Shown here: piece after piece, positions 13,901-22,910 of the stretch | How the letters are laid out: the number at the start of each line of letters is the position of its first letter | How positions within the stretch are numbered: position 1 is the stretch's first letter | Source: Alphaproteobacteria bacterium | GTDB lineage: Bacteria; Pseudomonadota; Alphaproteobacteria; UBA828 | Direction: 5' to 3' | Assembly: GCA_965220745.1 (NCBI GenBank) | Contig: CBDCQT010000013.1 | Coordinates: 1-64,000 of the forward strand | DNA: 64,000 nucleotides | Position numbers and translations under genes: made by a program | Notes under the pieces: model-generated | The model's database searches: none | Told to the model about the DNA's origin: nothing | What the model saw: only the letters and a program-made list of their open reading frames with translations

Positions 13901-14687
13901 GCGAAACTCAGGCGCCGCTTGGCGCCTGATAGGTCCGTTCGAACTCTTGCTTGACGAAGGACATCAGAGCGGTTTGACGTACTCCGTGGGCCGGAGAGCG
14001 TCGCCCTTCGGGTCGCGCCCAGGCGCCCGCCCGCGGCGTCGCGGGCCTCAACCGTATTCCCCGATACGCTGTCCTCAGGAAGTGCCATGCGGACGCCTGA
14101 GCCCGCGTGCAGTATCCACATCAGCCTGGTGTGGGAGCACTCGAACATTCAGCAGGGCTCTGAGGGGCTGACCCTCGGCTTCAGTTGCGAACTCGCAGAC
14201 CCATTCCATGTCTTCGGCGGTTTGCAGGGAACTGACATTGATCTTGGCCAGACCGCCGAAGGAGACCGCAAAGGCAATCTCATCGGCGGAGGGTTTCGGT
14301 ATATCCAACAGACCTTGCCAAGGGGTCTGGACGAGTATGGACGAGTATGGAGATCATCAGCACGCAGAAGAACGACGCGGCAGTGCGATACATTGGCATA
14401 ACTTATGAGCGCTATGAGTGTATTTTCTTGGACGCTATATGACTAAATCGCATAGATTTTTTCTCTGTCTGGATTCGTACCGGTTGGTCGGTACCGCGGC
14501 TTGCCGAACATGGAGGGACAGACATGGAGAATTCGCGGTATGTGGGAGCGCGAACGGGCGCGGACTCCTTCGCCGCAGGGGCCATTTTGACGCCGGCCGG
14601 CGGGCGCGCGACGGTGTCTGTAAGACCTTGCGAACATCCCGCGGAATGGGATCGGCCCCGCGTTCCGCTTGACGGAATCCGGCATCC

Positions 14688-15848
14688 ATGACTTCGGAAT
14701 CGAGCATGCCGGCGGGCTCTTCGATGCCACCCGTTTTTGTTACCGGTTCGGCCGGGCATGTCGGCGCCAACCTCGTGCGCCGGCTGCTCGACGAGAGCGT
14801 GCGGGTCCGAGTGTTGTTGAGACACGAGGACAACAACGAGGGCCTGGAAGGTCTCGAGGTCGAACGCGCGTTCGGCGACATTCGGGATCTGGATGACATC
14901 AGGCGGGCGATCACGGGATGTCAGGGCGTCTATCACTGCGCGGCCTACGTCTCGACCATCGAAGGCAACCGCGCCCATCGCCGCGACGTGTTCGAGTGCA
15001 ACGTTCTCGGTACCCGCAACGTGCTGCAGGCGGCGCGGGAGGCGGAGGCCGGCCGGGTGGTGGTGACGGGCTCTTTCAGCGCGGTCGGATACGACCTGGA
15101 CGATCCCTCCGCTCCCAGCAACGAGACCATGCAGTTCTACCCCATGGAGCGCACGATGCCCTACGAGCGCAGCAAGTCGCTCGTCGAGCAGGAGTGCTGG
15201 CGCGCGGCGGCATCAGGGCAGGACGTGGTGGTCGCGACGTGCTGTGCGGTGGTGGGGGGCGCCGACTTCTTCCCCTCGCGACTGGGAAGAACCTTATGCG
15301 ACTACACCAACGGCAAGCTCCGTGCCTACGTCGATGGCGGTTTCGAGTTCGTCGCGGCGCGCGACATCGTCGAAGGGCACTTGTTGTGCATGCACCACGG
15401 TCGCTCGGGCGAAAAGTACATCTTCAGCACCGAGTACAAGACCATCTCGGATATCCTGGATCTCTACGAGGAGGTCTCCGGCGTCCCGCGGCCGCGCCGG
15501 CGAATTCCGACCCGCCTCATGCTCGTCTTTGCCGAAATCGCGAGCTTCTATCTGAGCCGGGTTCACCCGGGCTTTCCCCAGCGCTTCACCCCCGGCGCCA
15601 TACGCCTGTTGCGAAAGTGCCGCCACGCCGACATCTCCAAGGCGAAACGGGAGCTCGGCTATCGGCCGACCGGCCTCCGTGCCGCGGTTCATGAGGCCTA
15701 TGCGTTCCACTACGGCCGCAACAAGATCGCGAACCCGCACGCGAAGCGCCCGTGCGAGGACGCCGCGAGTCGGCATGTTGCGCGTGAGGAGGGCGATCCC
15801 GCGCCGGGCCAGGGCATGCGGATGATGGCAGGCGGGAGCTCGACGTGA
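14688..15848 (+). CDS. Extended SDR / 3-beta-HSD-like NAD(P)-dependent enzyme, putative SdmB-type sterol C-4 decarboxylase/reductase
   Basis: TGSAGHVG, YERSK; overlaps the Rieske gene in the sterol operon. Specific function inferred from context. Confidence 0.75.
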   Translation: MTSESSMPAGSSMPPVFVTGSAGHVGANLVRRLLDESVRVRVLLRHEDNNEGLEGLEVERAFGDIRDLDDIRRAITGCQGVYHCAAYVSTIEGNRAHRRDVFECNVLGTRNVLQAAREAEAGRVVVTGSFSAVGYDLDDPSAPSNETMQFYPMERTMPYERSKSLVEQECWRAAASGQDVVVATCCAVVGGADFFPSRLGRTLCDYTNGKLRAYVDGGFEFVAARDIVEGHLLCMHHGRSGEKYIFSTEYKTISDILDLYEEVSGVPRPRRRIPTRLMLVFAEIASFYLSRVHPGFPQRFTPGAIRLLRKCRHADISKAKRELGYRPTGLRAAVHEAYAFHYGRNKIANPHAKRPCEDAASRHVAREEGDPAPGQGMRMMAGGSST

Positions 15849-16942
15849 GGGCGGCGCCCGACGCACCGCCCGGCTTCGAGGACGCCGGCAACCTGCGCCA
15901 GCAGGCGCGTGCTGCGGGCATGGACCCGAATTACTGGTATCCAGTCGAGGAAGTGCACCGGATGAAGCCGGAGACGGTGGTCGAGGTCGTCTTCTGGAAG
16001 CGTTCCATCGCGCTCTTCCGGGGAAAGGATGGCACCTTCCAGGCGGTCGAGGATCGCTGCGCGCATCGCCAGCTCAAGCTCTCCCTGGGCGACGTGCAGG
16101 GATGCCGGCTCGTCTGCGCCTACCATGGCTGGGAGTATGGCGGGAAGGGGCGTCCCGCCGGAGTGCCCCATGACCGCGAGGGGCGAAGCTTTCCGAATCT
16201 TGCGCTCAAGACCTATCCGGTGAAGGTCCGCTACGGTCTGATCTGGCTCTTCCCGGGAGATCCGGCGCTGGCGGAGGAGCGCCGGATTCCGGACATTCCT
16301 GAGCTCGAGGGTTCCGGCCGCTGGGCCTGCGTGCCGCTCTGTTTCACCTGGTCGGCACACCACTCGATGGTGATCGACAATGTGAGCGACTTTACCCACG
16401 CACACCTGCACCGCCGCTACCGGCCCTTCGACGGGGCTACCCTGACCCGCTGCGAGACTCTCGGCGACAACGTGCATCTCGCCTACGACACGCACGTCGG
16501 GCGCGGGCGCATCTCGGGCCTTTTCGTCGATCATCGGCGGCTCAACACCAACCGCATGGAGCTTTGCTACGAGTACCCCTACCAGTGGTCGAACACCGAC
16601 GACGCGATCAAGCACTGGCTCTTCGTGCTGCCGGTCGACGAGCGCACCAGCCGGGTGTTCTTTCTGTTCTATTTCAAGTCGCTGAAAGTACCGCTGCTGC
16701 CGGTGCGCATTCCCCGTTTCGCCATGACCGCGGTCATGAAGGTCTCCAATCGCCTGCTCATCGCTCCCCTGCTCGCCCAGGACCGGTTCGCGCTGGAGGC
16801 GGAGCAGGAGGGTTACGAAAGACACTGGGACGCCCGTCCCGTCGAGTTCAATCCGGTGGTCAGGGCCTTTCAGAAGGTGACCGTTCGCAAGTGGCAGGAG
16901 CATCTGGCGCGCGGGTCGGAGAGCGACGATGCCGCCGCCTGA
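15845..16942 (+). CDS. Rieske non-heme iron oxygenase, putative SdmA-type sterol C-4 methyl oxidase
   Basis: CAHR...CAYHGW Rieske motif; DNVSDFTHAHLH iron site; sterol operon context. Confidence 0.75.
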   Translation: MRAAPDAPPGFEDAGNLRQQARAAGMDPNYWYPVEEVHRMKPETVVEVVFWKRSIALFRGKDGTFQAVEDRCAHRQLKLSLGDVQGCRLVCAYHGWEYGGKGRPAGVPHDREGRSFPNLALKTYPVKVRYGLIWLFPGDPALAEERRIPDIPELEGSGRWACVPLCFTWSAHHSMVIDNVSDFTHAHLHRRYRPFDGATLTRCETLGDNVHLAYDTHVGRGRISGLFVDHRRLNTNRMELCYEYPYQWSNTDDAIKHWLFVLPVDERTSRVFFLFYFKSLKVPLLPVRIPRFAMTAVMKVSNRLLIAPLLAQDRFALEAEQEGYERHWDARPVEFNPVVRAFQKVTVRKWQEHLARGSESDDAAA

Positions 16943-18029
16943 AGCGCTCAACCTCTCATCGGCGCTGTCGGGCAAGACCCTGCTCGAGGCGGCGGCGATG
17001 GTGCTGGGGTTCATCGCCGTCCTTTTCCTGGCTTCGCTGCTGCTGCCGGGTCGCCGGATCACGGGCCCGGATGCCGACGGAAACGAGCGCGTCTACAAGC
17101 TCAACGGCCTCTCTCTGTATCTGATCGTCATGATTGCGGCGTGTGGCGCGCAAGCCTCCGGCGTGCTCTCCCTCTCGGTGCTGCATACCCACCTTCTCGC
17201 CCTCTTCGTCGTGGCGAACGGATTCGCGTTCGCCCTCTCCGGCTGGCTCTACCTGCGCGGGGTACGGAAGCCTCATGCATCGCCCGGATCATGGCGGGGT
17301 TTCTTCTTCGGTGTGGACGCCGCTCCGGCCTGGTTCGGGCTTGATCTGAAGCTCTTCAGCTACTGCCCCTCCCTCATCGGCCTGGCCCTCTTCAACGCAT
17401 CGTTTGCCGCCGTGCAGTATGAGACTTACGGCGAGTTGACCCTGGCAATGATGCTCTATCAGACCTTCACCTTCCTCTACGTGCTCAACTACTTCCAGTT
17501 CGAACAGGGGATGATCCATACCTGGGACATCGTCCGCGAGCGCTTCGGATGGATGCTGGTCTGGGGCGATTACGTGCTGGTGCCCTTCTTCTACTGTCTT
17601 CCCGGCTGGTGGCTGGTTCACGCACCGGAGCCCTTGTCTCCGGCCGCCGCCGCCGGGATCGTCGTGCTCTTCGTTTTCGGCTTCTGGCTCTTCCGCGGGT
17701 CCAACCAGCAGAAGCACCGCTTCAAGCGCGATTCCAACGTCAGGATCTGGGGCAAGCCCGCCCGGACCCTGGAAGGCCGCCTCCTGGTCTCCGGGTTCTG
17801 GGGCATCGGCCGGCACCTCAACTACACCGGCGAGATCTGCGTCTACCTCGCCTTCGCCCTGACCACCGGGCTTACGTCCTGGGCTCCCTTCCTGTTGCCG
17901 GCGTGGCTCGCGGGCTTGCTGTGGCACCGTTCGAGACGCGACGAGCGTCGCTGTCGCGCCAAGTACGGCGAGCTGTGGGAGCGCTACACGCAGCGGGCGC
18001 GCTTCGCGATGCTGCCCTTCATCCATTGA
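16929..18029 (+). CDS. ERG4/ERG24 family sterol reductase, probably delta-14 reductase
   Basis: TWDIVRERFGWMLVWGD, FRGSNQQKHRF, LLVSGFWGIGRHLNYTGE, DERRCRAKYG; multiple hydrophobic segments. Confidence 0.88.
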   Translation: MPPPEALNLSSALSGKTLLEAAAMVLGFIAVLFLASLLLPGRRITGPDADGNERVYKLNGLSLYLIVMIAACGAQASGVLSLSVLHTHLLALFVVANGFAFALSGWLYLRGVRKPHASPGSWRGFFFGVDAAPAWFGLDLKLFSYCPSLIGLALFNASFAAVQYETYGELTLAMMLYQTFTFLYVLNYFQFEQGMIHTWDIVRERFGWMLVWGDYVLVPFFYCLPGWWLVHAPEPLSPAAAAGIVVLFVFGFWLFRGSNQQKHRFKRDSNVRIWGKPARTLEGRLLVSGFWGIGRHLNYTGEICVYLAFALTTGLTSWAPFLLPAWLAGLLWHRSRRDERRCRAKYGELWERYTQRARFAMLPFIH

Positions 18030-18037
18030 GAGCGGAG

Positions 18038-19447
18038 ATGGCCAACCGAACCGACAGCATGGCGACCCTGCCTACGGCGAATCTGCCGCCGCGGGCGGAC
18101 GAGCCCCTTCCCGAGCTTGCGGGCAGCTGGCCGCTGCTCGGCCACTTGCCGGAGTTCCAGAGAGATCCGGTCGCCATGTTGAGCCGCGGCTGGCGCGAGC
18201 ACGGCGAGCTCTTCCGCTTCCGGCTCGGGACCCGCGCTTTCGTTCTCTTCACCGGGCCCCAGGCCCACGACTTCTATTTCAGGACGCCCGAGGAGCAGCT
18301 GAACGCGAAGGCCGTCTACCGCTTCACCGTGCCCATCTTCGGACGCGGCGTGGCCTACGACACCTCCCCGGACATCATGGCGGAGCAGCTGGGCTTTCTC
18401 TTTCCAGCGCTCCGCGAGGCGGCAATGCGCAGGTTCGCCCTCATCATGTTCGAGGAAGCGCGGCGGTTCGCCGACGCCCTCGGGAAGGATGGGGAAATCG
18501 ATCTGCCGCACGCGATGAACGAGCTCACGGTCAAGATCGCCAGCCGCTGCCTGATTGGACAGGAGGTCCGCGATCGGGTGGACACCGGATTCGCCGAGAC
18601 CTACCACGACCTGCAGAAGGGCATTAACACCCTGGGTTTCTTTCTTCCCAGGCTTCCCGTTGCGTCGCATCGAAAGCGCGACAGGGCCCGGCGACGGGTG
18701 GCGGAGCTCTTCGGCGGGATCATGGCGGCGCGCCGGGATGCCGGGGCCAGCCCCGACGACTTCATGCAGACGCTCATGAACGCCCGGTACAAGAACGGCC
18801 GCGCCCTGAGCGACGACGAGATCACGGGGATCCTGCTGACGGTGCTGTTCGCGGGCCAGCACACCAGCGCGGTGCTCGCGACCTGGACCGGCCTGGAGCT
18901 GCTCCGGGCGCCGGCGTACCTGGCGCGGGTGAGAGATGAGGTGCAGGACGTCTACCGCGAAGCGGGGAGCATGAGCATCGACAGTCTCCAGCACCAGCCG
19001 GCTCTGGAGAATGCCGTCCGCGAGTGCGAGCGGCTGCACCCGCCGCTGATACTGCTGATCCGAAAGGTGCTCGAACCCCTGCGCTACGGAGGCCGTGTCG
19101 TGCCCGCCGGCACCATGGCCATGGTGTCGCCGGCGGTCTCTCACCGCCTGCCCCACATCTTCGCCGACCCGGAGCGCTTCTTCCCCGACCGATTCGCGCC
19201 TCCCGCCAGCGAGGACAGGCAACACCGCTACGCCCTGATCGGCTTCGGCGGCGGCAAGCACGCGTGCATGGGTAAGAACTTCGCCTACATGCAGCTCAAG
19301 GCGATCTGGACCGTTCTGCTCGATCGTTTCGACTTCACTCCCAGCGGCGCGTTTCCGCGTCCGAACTACGGCAGCTGGGTGACGGGACCCGAGAGACCGT
19401 GCCGGGTCCGCTACCGTCGCCGCGCGCAGCCGAGCGTCTTCCGATGA
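18038..19447 (+). CDS. cyp51: Sterol 14-alpha demethylase, cytochrome P450 CYP51
   Basis: YRFTVPIFGRGVAYD and AGQHTS CYP51 signatures, ExxR, FGGGKHACMG heme motif; ATG 18038 after GGAG. Confidence 0.92.
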   Translation: MANRTDSMATLPTANLPPRADEPLPELAGSWPLLGHLPEFQRDPVAMLSRGWREHGELFRFRLGTRAFVLFTGPQAHDFYFRTPEEQLNAKAVYRFTVPIFGRGVAYDTSPDIMAEQLGFLFPALREAAMRRFALIMFEEARRFADALGKDGEIDLPHAMNELTVKIASRCLIGQEVRDRVDTGFAETYHDLQKGINTLGFFLPRLPVASHRKRDRARRRVAELFGGIMAARRDAGASPDDFMQTLMNARYKNGRALSDDEITGILLTVLFAGQHTSAVLATWTGLELLRAPAYLARVRDEVQDVYREAGSMSIDSLQHQPALENAVRECERLHPPLILLIRKVLEPLRYGGRVVPAGTMAMVSPAVSHRLPHIFADPERFFPDRFAPPASEDRQHRYALIGFGGGKHACMGKNFAYMQLKAIWTVLLDRFDFTPSGAFPRPNYGSWVTGPERPCRVRYRRRAQPSVFR

Positions 19448-22400
19448 GCGGCGCCGCGTCGCGGCGTTACGACGTGGCCATTGTCGGCGCGGGGCCGGTC
19501 GGGAGCCTGTGCGCGCTCGCTCACGCGCGGAAGGGCGCCCGGGTGGTTCTGCTGGAAGCGAATCCCAAGGGGTCAGAGCGCCTGGCGGGCGAATGGCTGC
19601 ATCCACCTGGGGTACAGATACTGCAGGACTTCGGGATCGGGCTCGACACCCTGCCCCGCAGCGCTACGGGCAGGGGTTTCGTGGTGTTCCCGGAAGACGG
19701 CTCGGAGCCGATCGTCCTTCCCTACACGAATGGCTCGCAGGGTCTGGCTTGCGAACACGCCTTGCTCGTCTCGACACTGCGGGAAGCCGTCGAGAAGGAG
19801 GCGGATGTGGATTTCTTCACCCATGCGCGGGTGAATGCGGTCGAAGACGAGCGGCTGTCCTACAGCAACAACGGCACGGTTCACACCCTCGACGCCGCGC
19901 GGATTGTCGGCGCCGACGGCCGGGCGTCGATCGTGCGCCAATCCCTGGGCCTGTCGACAGACCCGATGCTCTGCTCGCGGATGCTGGGGATCACGGTGAG
20001 CGACGTGAGCCTGCCCTTCGAGGGTCACGGGCATGTGCTGCTCGGCGGGCCGGGGCCGATTCTCGCATACGGTTTGGCAAAGGGTTGCGTCCGGATCATC
20101 GTCGACGTTCCGCTGGACCGCTGGACACGCCAGGACCGGATCGGCTTCCTGACCGAATCCTATGCCGTTCTGCTGCCGGAAGCTCTCAGGCCGGGGTTCG
20201 TCGAAGCGGTGCGGGCGGGGCAATTCCACGTTGCGGCCAATCAGCTGCGGCCGCGAGTCACATACGGTACCCCGCGTCGTGTGCTGATCGGCGACGCGGC
20301 CGGGCACTACCATCCCATGACGGCGGTCGGCATGACCCTCGGTTTCGGTGACGCGCTTGCCCTCGCCGAGAGCGGCAGCTTTCGCGAGTTCGCCGCCGGG
20401 CGTTTCCGGGCCACCCAAGTGCCGGAGCTGCTCGCCATGGGGCTCTACGAGGTCTTTGCCGATCATCGGGCCGAGGCGGTGGCGATGAGACACGCGGTCT
20501 ACCGAGGATTGCGGACAAACTCCTATTACCGGGACCGGACCACGCGGATACTCGCCTGCGAAGACCGATCCGCGCTCGAGATGGGTCTCGCGTTTTTCGC
20601 AACGGCGGCCCGTGCGGCGGCCGTGGAGATTCCGCTCTCCTTGCGCCGGTTCGCTCCGCGTCGGGGCCTGAAGATCTTCGGGGCGCTCACTGTTCGTCTC
20701 TTGTGGCTCCTGCGCTGGGCTCTGCAGTTGCGCCAGTCGAGACGCCAGGGCGGGCGGAATGACGAGCGAGCCCTGGACAGCCTGGCCCGCGCACTTTTGC
20801 ACTCCATGCCGCCGCGGCCCCACGCTTCCGGGTCCGGCCGGCCGAAGGACTCCGAGGCGCCCGATGCCGGTCCGGCTCTGGGGAGCGCGACCGCGCACCT
20901 CCTGAGCCTCCAGGGCGAGGATGGCGGCTGGGAGGGCGAGATGGTCTGGTGCCCCATGCTCACCGCGCAATATGTGCTGCTGCACCACATCATCGGGCGG
21001 CCGCTCGAGTCCGGCCGGCGCCGGCGCGTGTTGCGCTCGTTCGAACGGACCCGTCTCGACGGGGGCGCATGGGGCCTGCACGAGCACTCTTCGCCCCACC
21101 TCTTCGTCACCGCCCTGGTCTACGTCGCGGCCAGGCTGCTCGGGGTCGAGCGCGACGATCCGCTGGTCGAGCCGGCCCGGCGCTTCATCCAGGCTGAGGG
21201 GATTCTCGGTATTCCGAGCTGGGGAAAGTTCTGGCTGGCGCTGCTGAACCTCTACGACTGGCGTGGAGTCAACGCCGTTCTGCCGGAACTGTGGAGCCTG
21301 CCGCGCCGCTTACCCCTGCACCCCTCGAATTGGTACTGCCATACCCGGCTCATCTACATGGCGATGGCGGCGATCTACCCGCATCGCTTCCAGGCGCCCG
21401 TCACGCCCGCGATCGCGTCGCTGCGGGAGGAGCTGTACCCCCATGGCTTTGCCGAGGTCGATTTCTCCGCCGCCCGCAATTCCCTGCGGGAGGCCGACCT
21501 CTACGCGCGGCCGAGCGTGTGGCTCAAGGTTGGATACAAGATTGCGCGCGTGTTCAATCGGCTCCACGGCAAACGCCTGCGCGCCCGATGCACGGAGGCG
21601 ATCGTCCGACAGATCAGATGGGAGCTGCAGACCACCAGCCATACGAGCATCTCTCCGGTGAGCGGCCTTCTCAACATGCTTGCCCTGTGGCTGCGCGATC
21701 CGGACGACGCCGATCTGCGCCAGGCGCTTGCGAAGCTGGACGACTGGATCTGGGAAGACGAGGAAGAGGGTGCGCGTGTCGTCGGCGCGAGAAGCGCCTC
21801 GTGGGACAGCGGCTTCGCGTTGCAGGCGCTGGCGGCGGTGCCCGCGTTCGACGGGGCAGGGGACGCGCTGCAGCGCGGCGCCGACTTCCTGCTCGGAGAA
21901 CAGATTGCCGCCAGCTTCGAAGGGTTTCGCGAGGCCTATCGAACCGACCCCAGGGGCGGCTGGTGCTTTGCCGGAGGATGGCACGGCTGGCCGGTGAGCG
22001 ACTGCACTGCGGAAGCGGTGCTCGGACTTCACGCTGCCGGTCGCGGTGCTGCGCACGCAAGCGCGTTGCGCGATGCTGTCGGGTTCATGCTGCGCTGCCA
22101 GAACCGCGATGGCGGCTTCGGCAGCTACGAGGCGCGACGCTCGGCTTTCGGTCTGGAGTGGATGAATCCGGCCGAGATGTTCGGCGATTCGATGACCGAG
22201 CAATCCTATGTCGAGTGCACCGCGTCCTGCCTCGCGGCGCTCGCCGCCTGCATGGAGGACGTTCCGCAAATCGCGAACGGAGCGGTGACGGGCGCCATGT
22301 CCAGGGCCGGTGCCTGGCTTCGCCGGACCCAGGCAAGCGACGGGTCGTGGCGCGGCGTATGGGGAGTTCAATTCATTTACGGCACCCTCTTCGGGGTCAG

Positions 22401-22851
22401 GGGTCTTCTTGCCGCCGGGGCCGGCCCCGGCGATCCGGCGCTTCGCTCGGCCTGCCGCTGGCTGCTGGAGCGCCAGCGAGAAGACGGCGGATGGGGCGAG
22501 CACCACAGCGGATGCCTGACCGGCCAGTATGTCCCGCACGACGAAAGCCAGGTCATCCAGACGGCGTGGGCGTTGATCGCGCTCCTCGAGGCGGCCGAAT
22601 CGAACTGGACCGCGATTTCGCGCGGCGCCCGCTACCTGCTCGACACGCAGGACGCGGACGGGACATGGCCCAAGCAGGACATGGCGGGCGTCTTCTTCCG
22701 CACGGCGCTCCTGGATTACGTGCTGTATCGACAGTATTTCCCGCTGCACGCGCTCGCCCTCTACGAGCAACGCCGCCGCCAGCGGCTGGGTCTCGCCGCC
22801 CACGCTCCGTGTGCCGCCGACACGTCGCCGCCCGAAGCGGCTGCCGCCTGA
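19444..22851 (+). CDS. Squalene epoxidase-oxidosqualene cyclase fusion protein (1135 aa)
   Basis: N-half: GAGPVG, RLAGEWLHPPG, ADG, GDAAGHYHPMTAVGMT. C-half: QW repeats, PSWGKFWL, WYCHTR, GWPVSDCTAE, YVECT, WGVQFIYG. One uninterrupted ORF. Confidence 0.92.
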   Translation: MSGAASRRYDVAIVGAGPVGSLCALAHARKGARVVLLEANPKGSERLAGEWLHPPGVQILQDFGIGLDTLPRSATGRGFVVFPEDGSEPIVLPYTNGSQGLACEHALLVSTLREAVEKEADVDFFTHARVNAVEDERLSYSNNGTVHTLDAARIVGADGRASIVRQSLGLSTDPMLCSRMLGITVSDVSLPFEGHGHVLLGGPGPILAYGLAKGCVRIIVDVPLDRWTRQDRIGFLTESYAVLLPEALRPGFVEAVRAGQFHVAANQLRPRVTYGTPRRVLIGDAAGHYHPMTAVGMTLGFGDALALAESGSFREFAAGRFRATQVPELLAMGLYEVFADHRAEAVAMRHAVYRGLRTNSYYRDRTTRILACEDRSALEMGLAFFATAARAAAVEIPLSLRRFAPRRGLKIFGALTVRLLWLLRWALQLRQSRRQGGRNDERALDSLARALLHSMPPRPHASGSGRPKDSEAPDAGPALGSATAHLLSLQGEDGGWEGEMVWCPMLTAQYVLLHHIIGRPLESGRRRRVLRSFERTRLDGGAWGLHEHSSPHLFVTALVYVAARLLGVERDDPLVEPARRFIQAEGILGIPSWGKFWLALLNLYDWRGVNAVLPELWSLPRRLPLHPSNWYCHTRLIYMAMAAIYPHRFQAPVTPAIASLREELYPHGFAEVDFSAARNSLREADLYARPSVWLKVGYKIARVFNRLHGKRLRARCTEAIVRQIRWELQTTSHTSISPVSGLLNMLALWLRDPDDADLRQALAKLDDWIWEDEEEGARVVGARSASWDSGFALQALAAVPAFDGAGDALQRGADFLLGEQIAASFEGFREAYRTDPRGGWCFAGGWHGWPVSDCTAEAVLGLHAAGRGAAHASALRDAVGFMLRCQNRDGGFGSYEARRSAFGLEWMNPAEMFGDSMTEQSYVECTASCLAALAACMEDVPQIANGAVTGAMSRAGAWLRRTQASDGSWRGVWGVQFIYGTLFGVRGLLAAGAGPGDPALRSACRWLLERQREDGGWGEHHSGCLTGQYVPHDESQVIQTAWALIALLEAAESNWTAISRGARYLLDTQDADGTWPKQDMAGVFFRTALLDYVLYRQYFPLHALALYEQRRRQRLGLAAHAPCAADTSPPEAAAA

Positions 22852-22910
22852 TCCCCGCCCTGAGTATGGGTGGCCTCGCGCAGTGCCGCGCGGACGAAGG
22901 CCCGCTTCGT

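Larger units (their letters stand above)
12465..13970 (+). mobile_element. IS110-family (IS1111-like) insertion sequence
   Basis: Intact transposase; sub-terminal inverted repeats ATGTCCTTC (12473-12481) and GAAGGACAT (13956-13964); TTGACG at 13951; structured 3' non-coding region. Ends approximate. Confidence 0.8.

Noticed and set aside
12196-14148. 650-aa minus-strand ORF and other long antisense ORFs (e.g. 6903-9038, 9333-11447, 31951-33933)
   Set aside because: Shadow frames of well-supported genes in high-GC DNA, with no recognisable motifs.
17549-18037. N-terminal extension of CYP51 in the ORF track
   Set aside because: It overlaps the reductase gene; ATG 18038 has an RBS and gives a normal CYP51 length.
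20870-22851. Squalene-hopene cyclase / hopanoid cluster (the SDR resembles HpnA)
   Set aside because: The catalytic motif is DCTAE rather than DxDD, and the neighbours are epoxidase, CYP51, sterol reductase and SMT.
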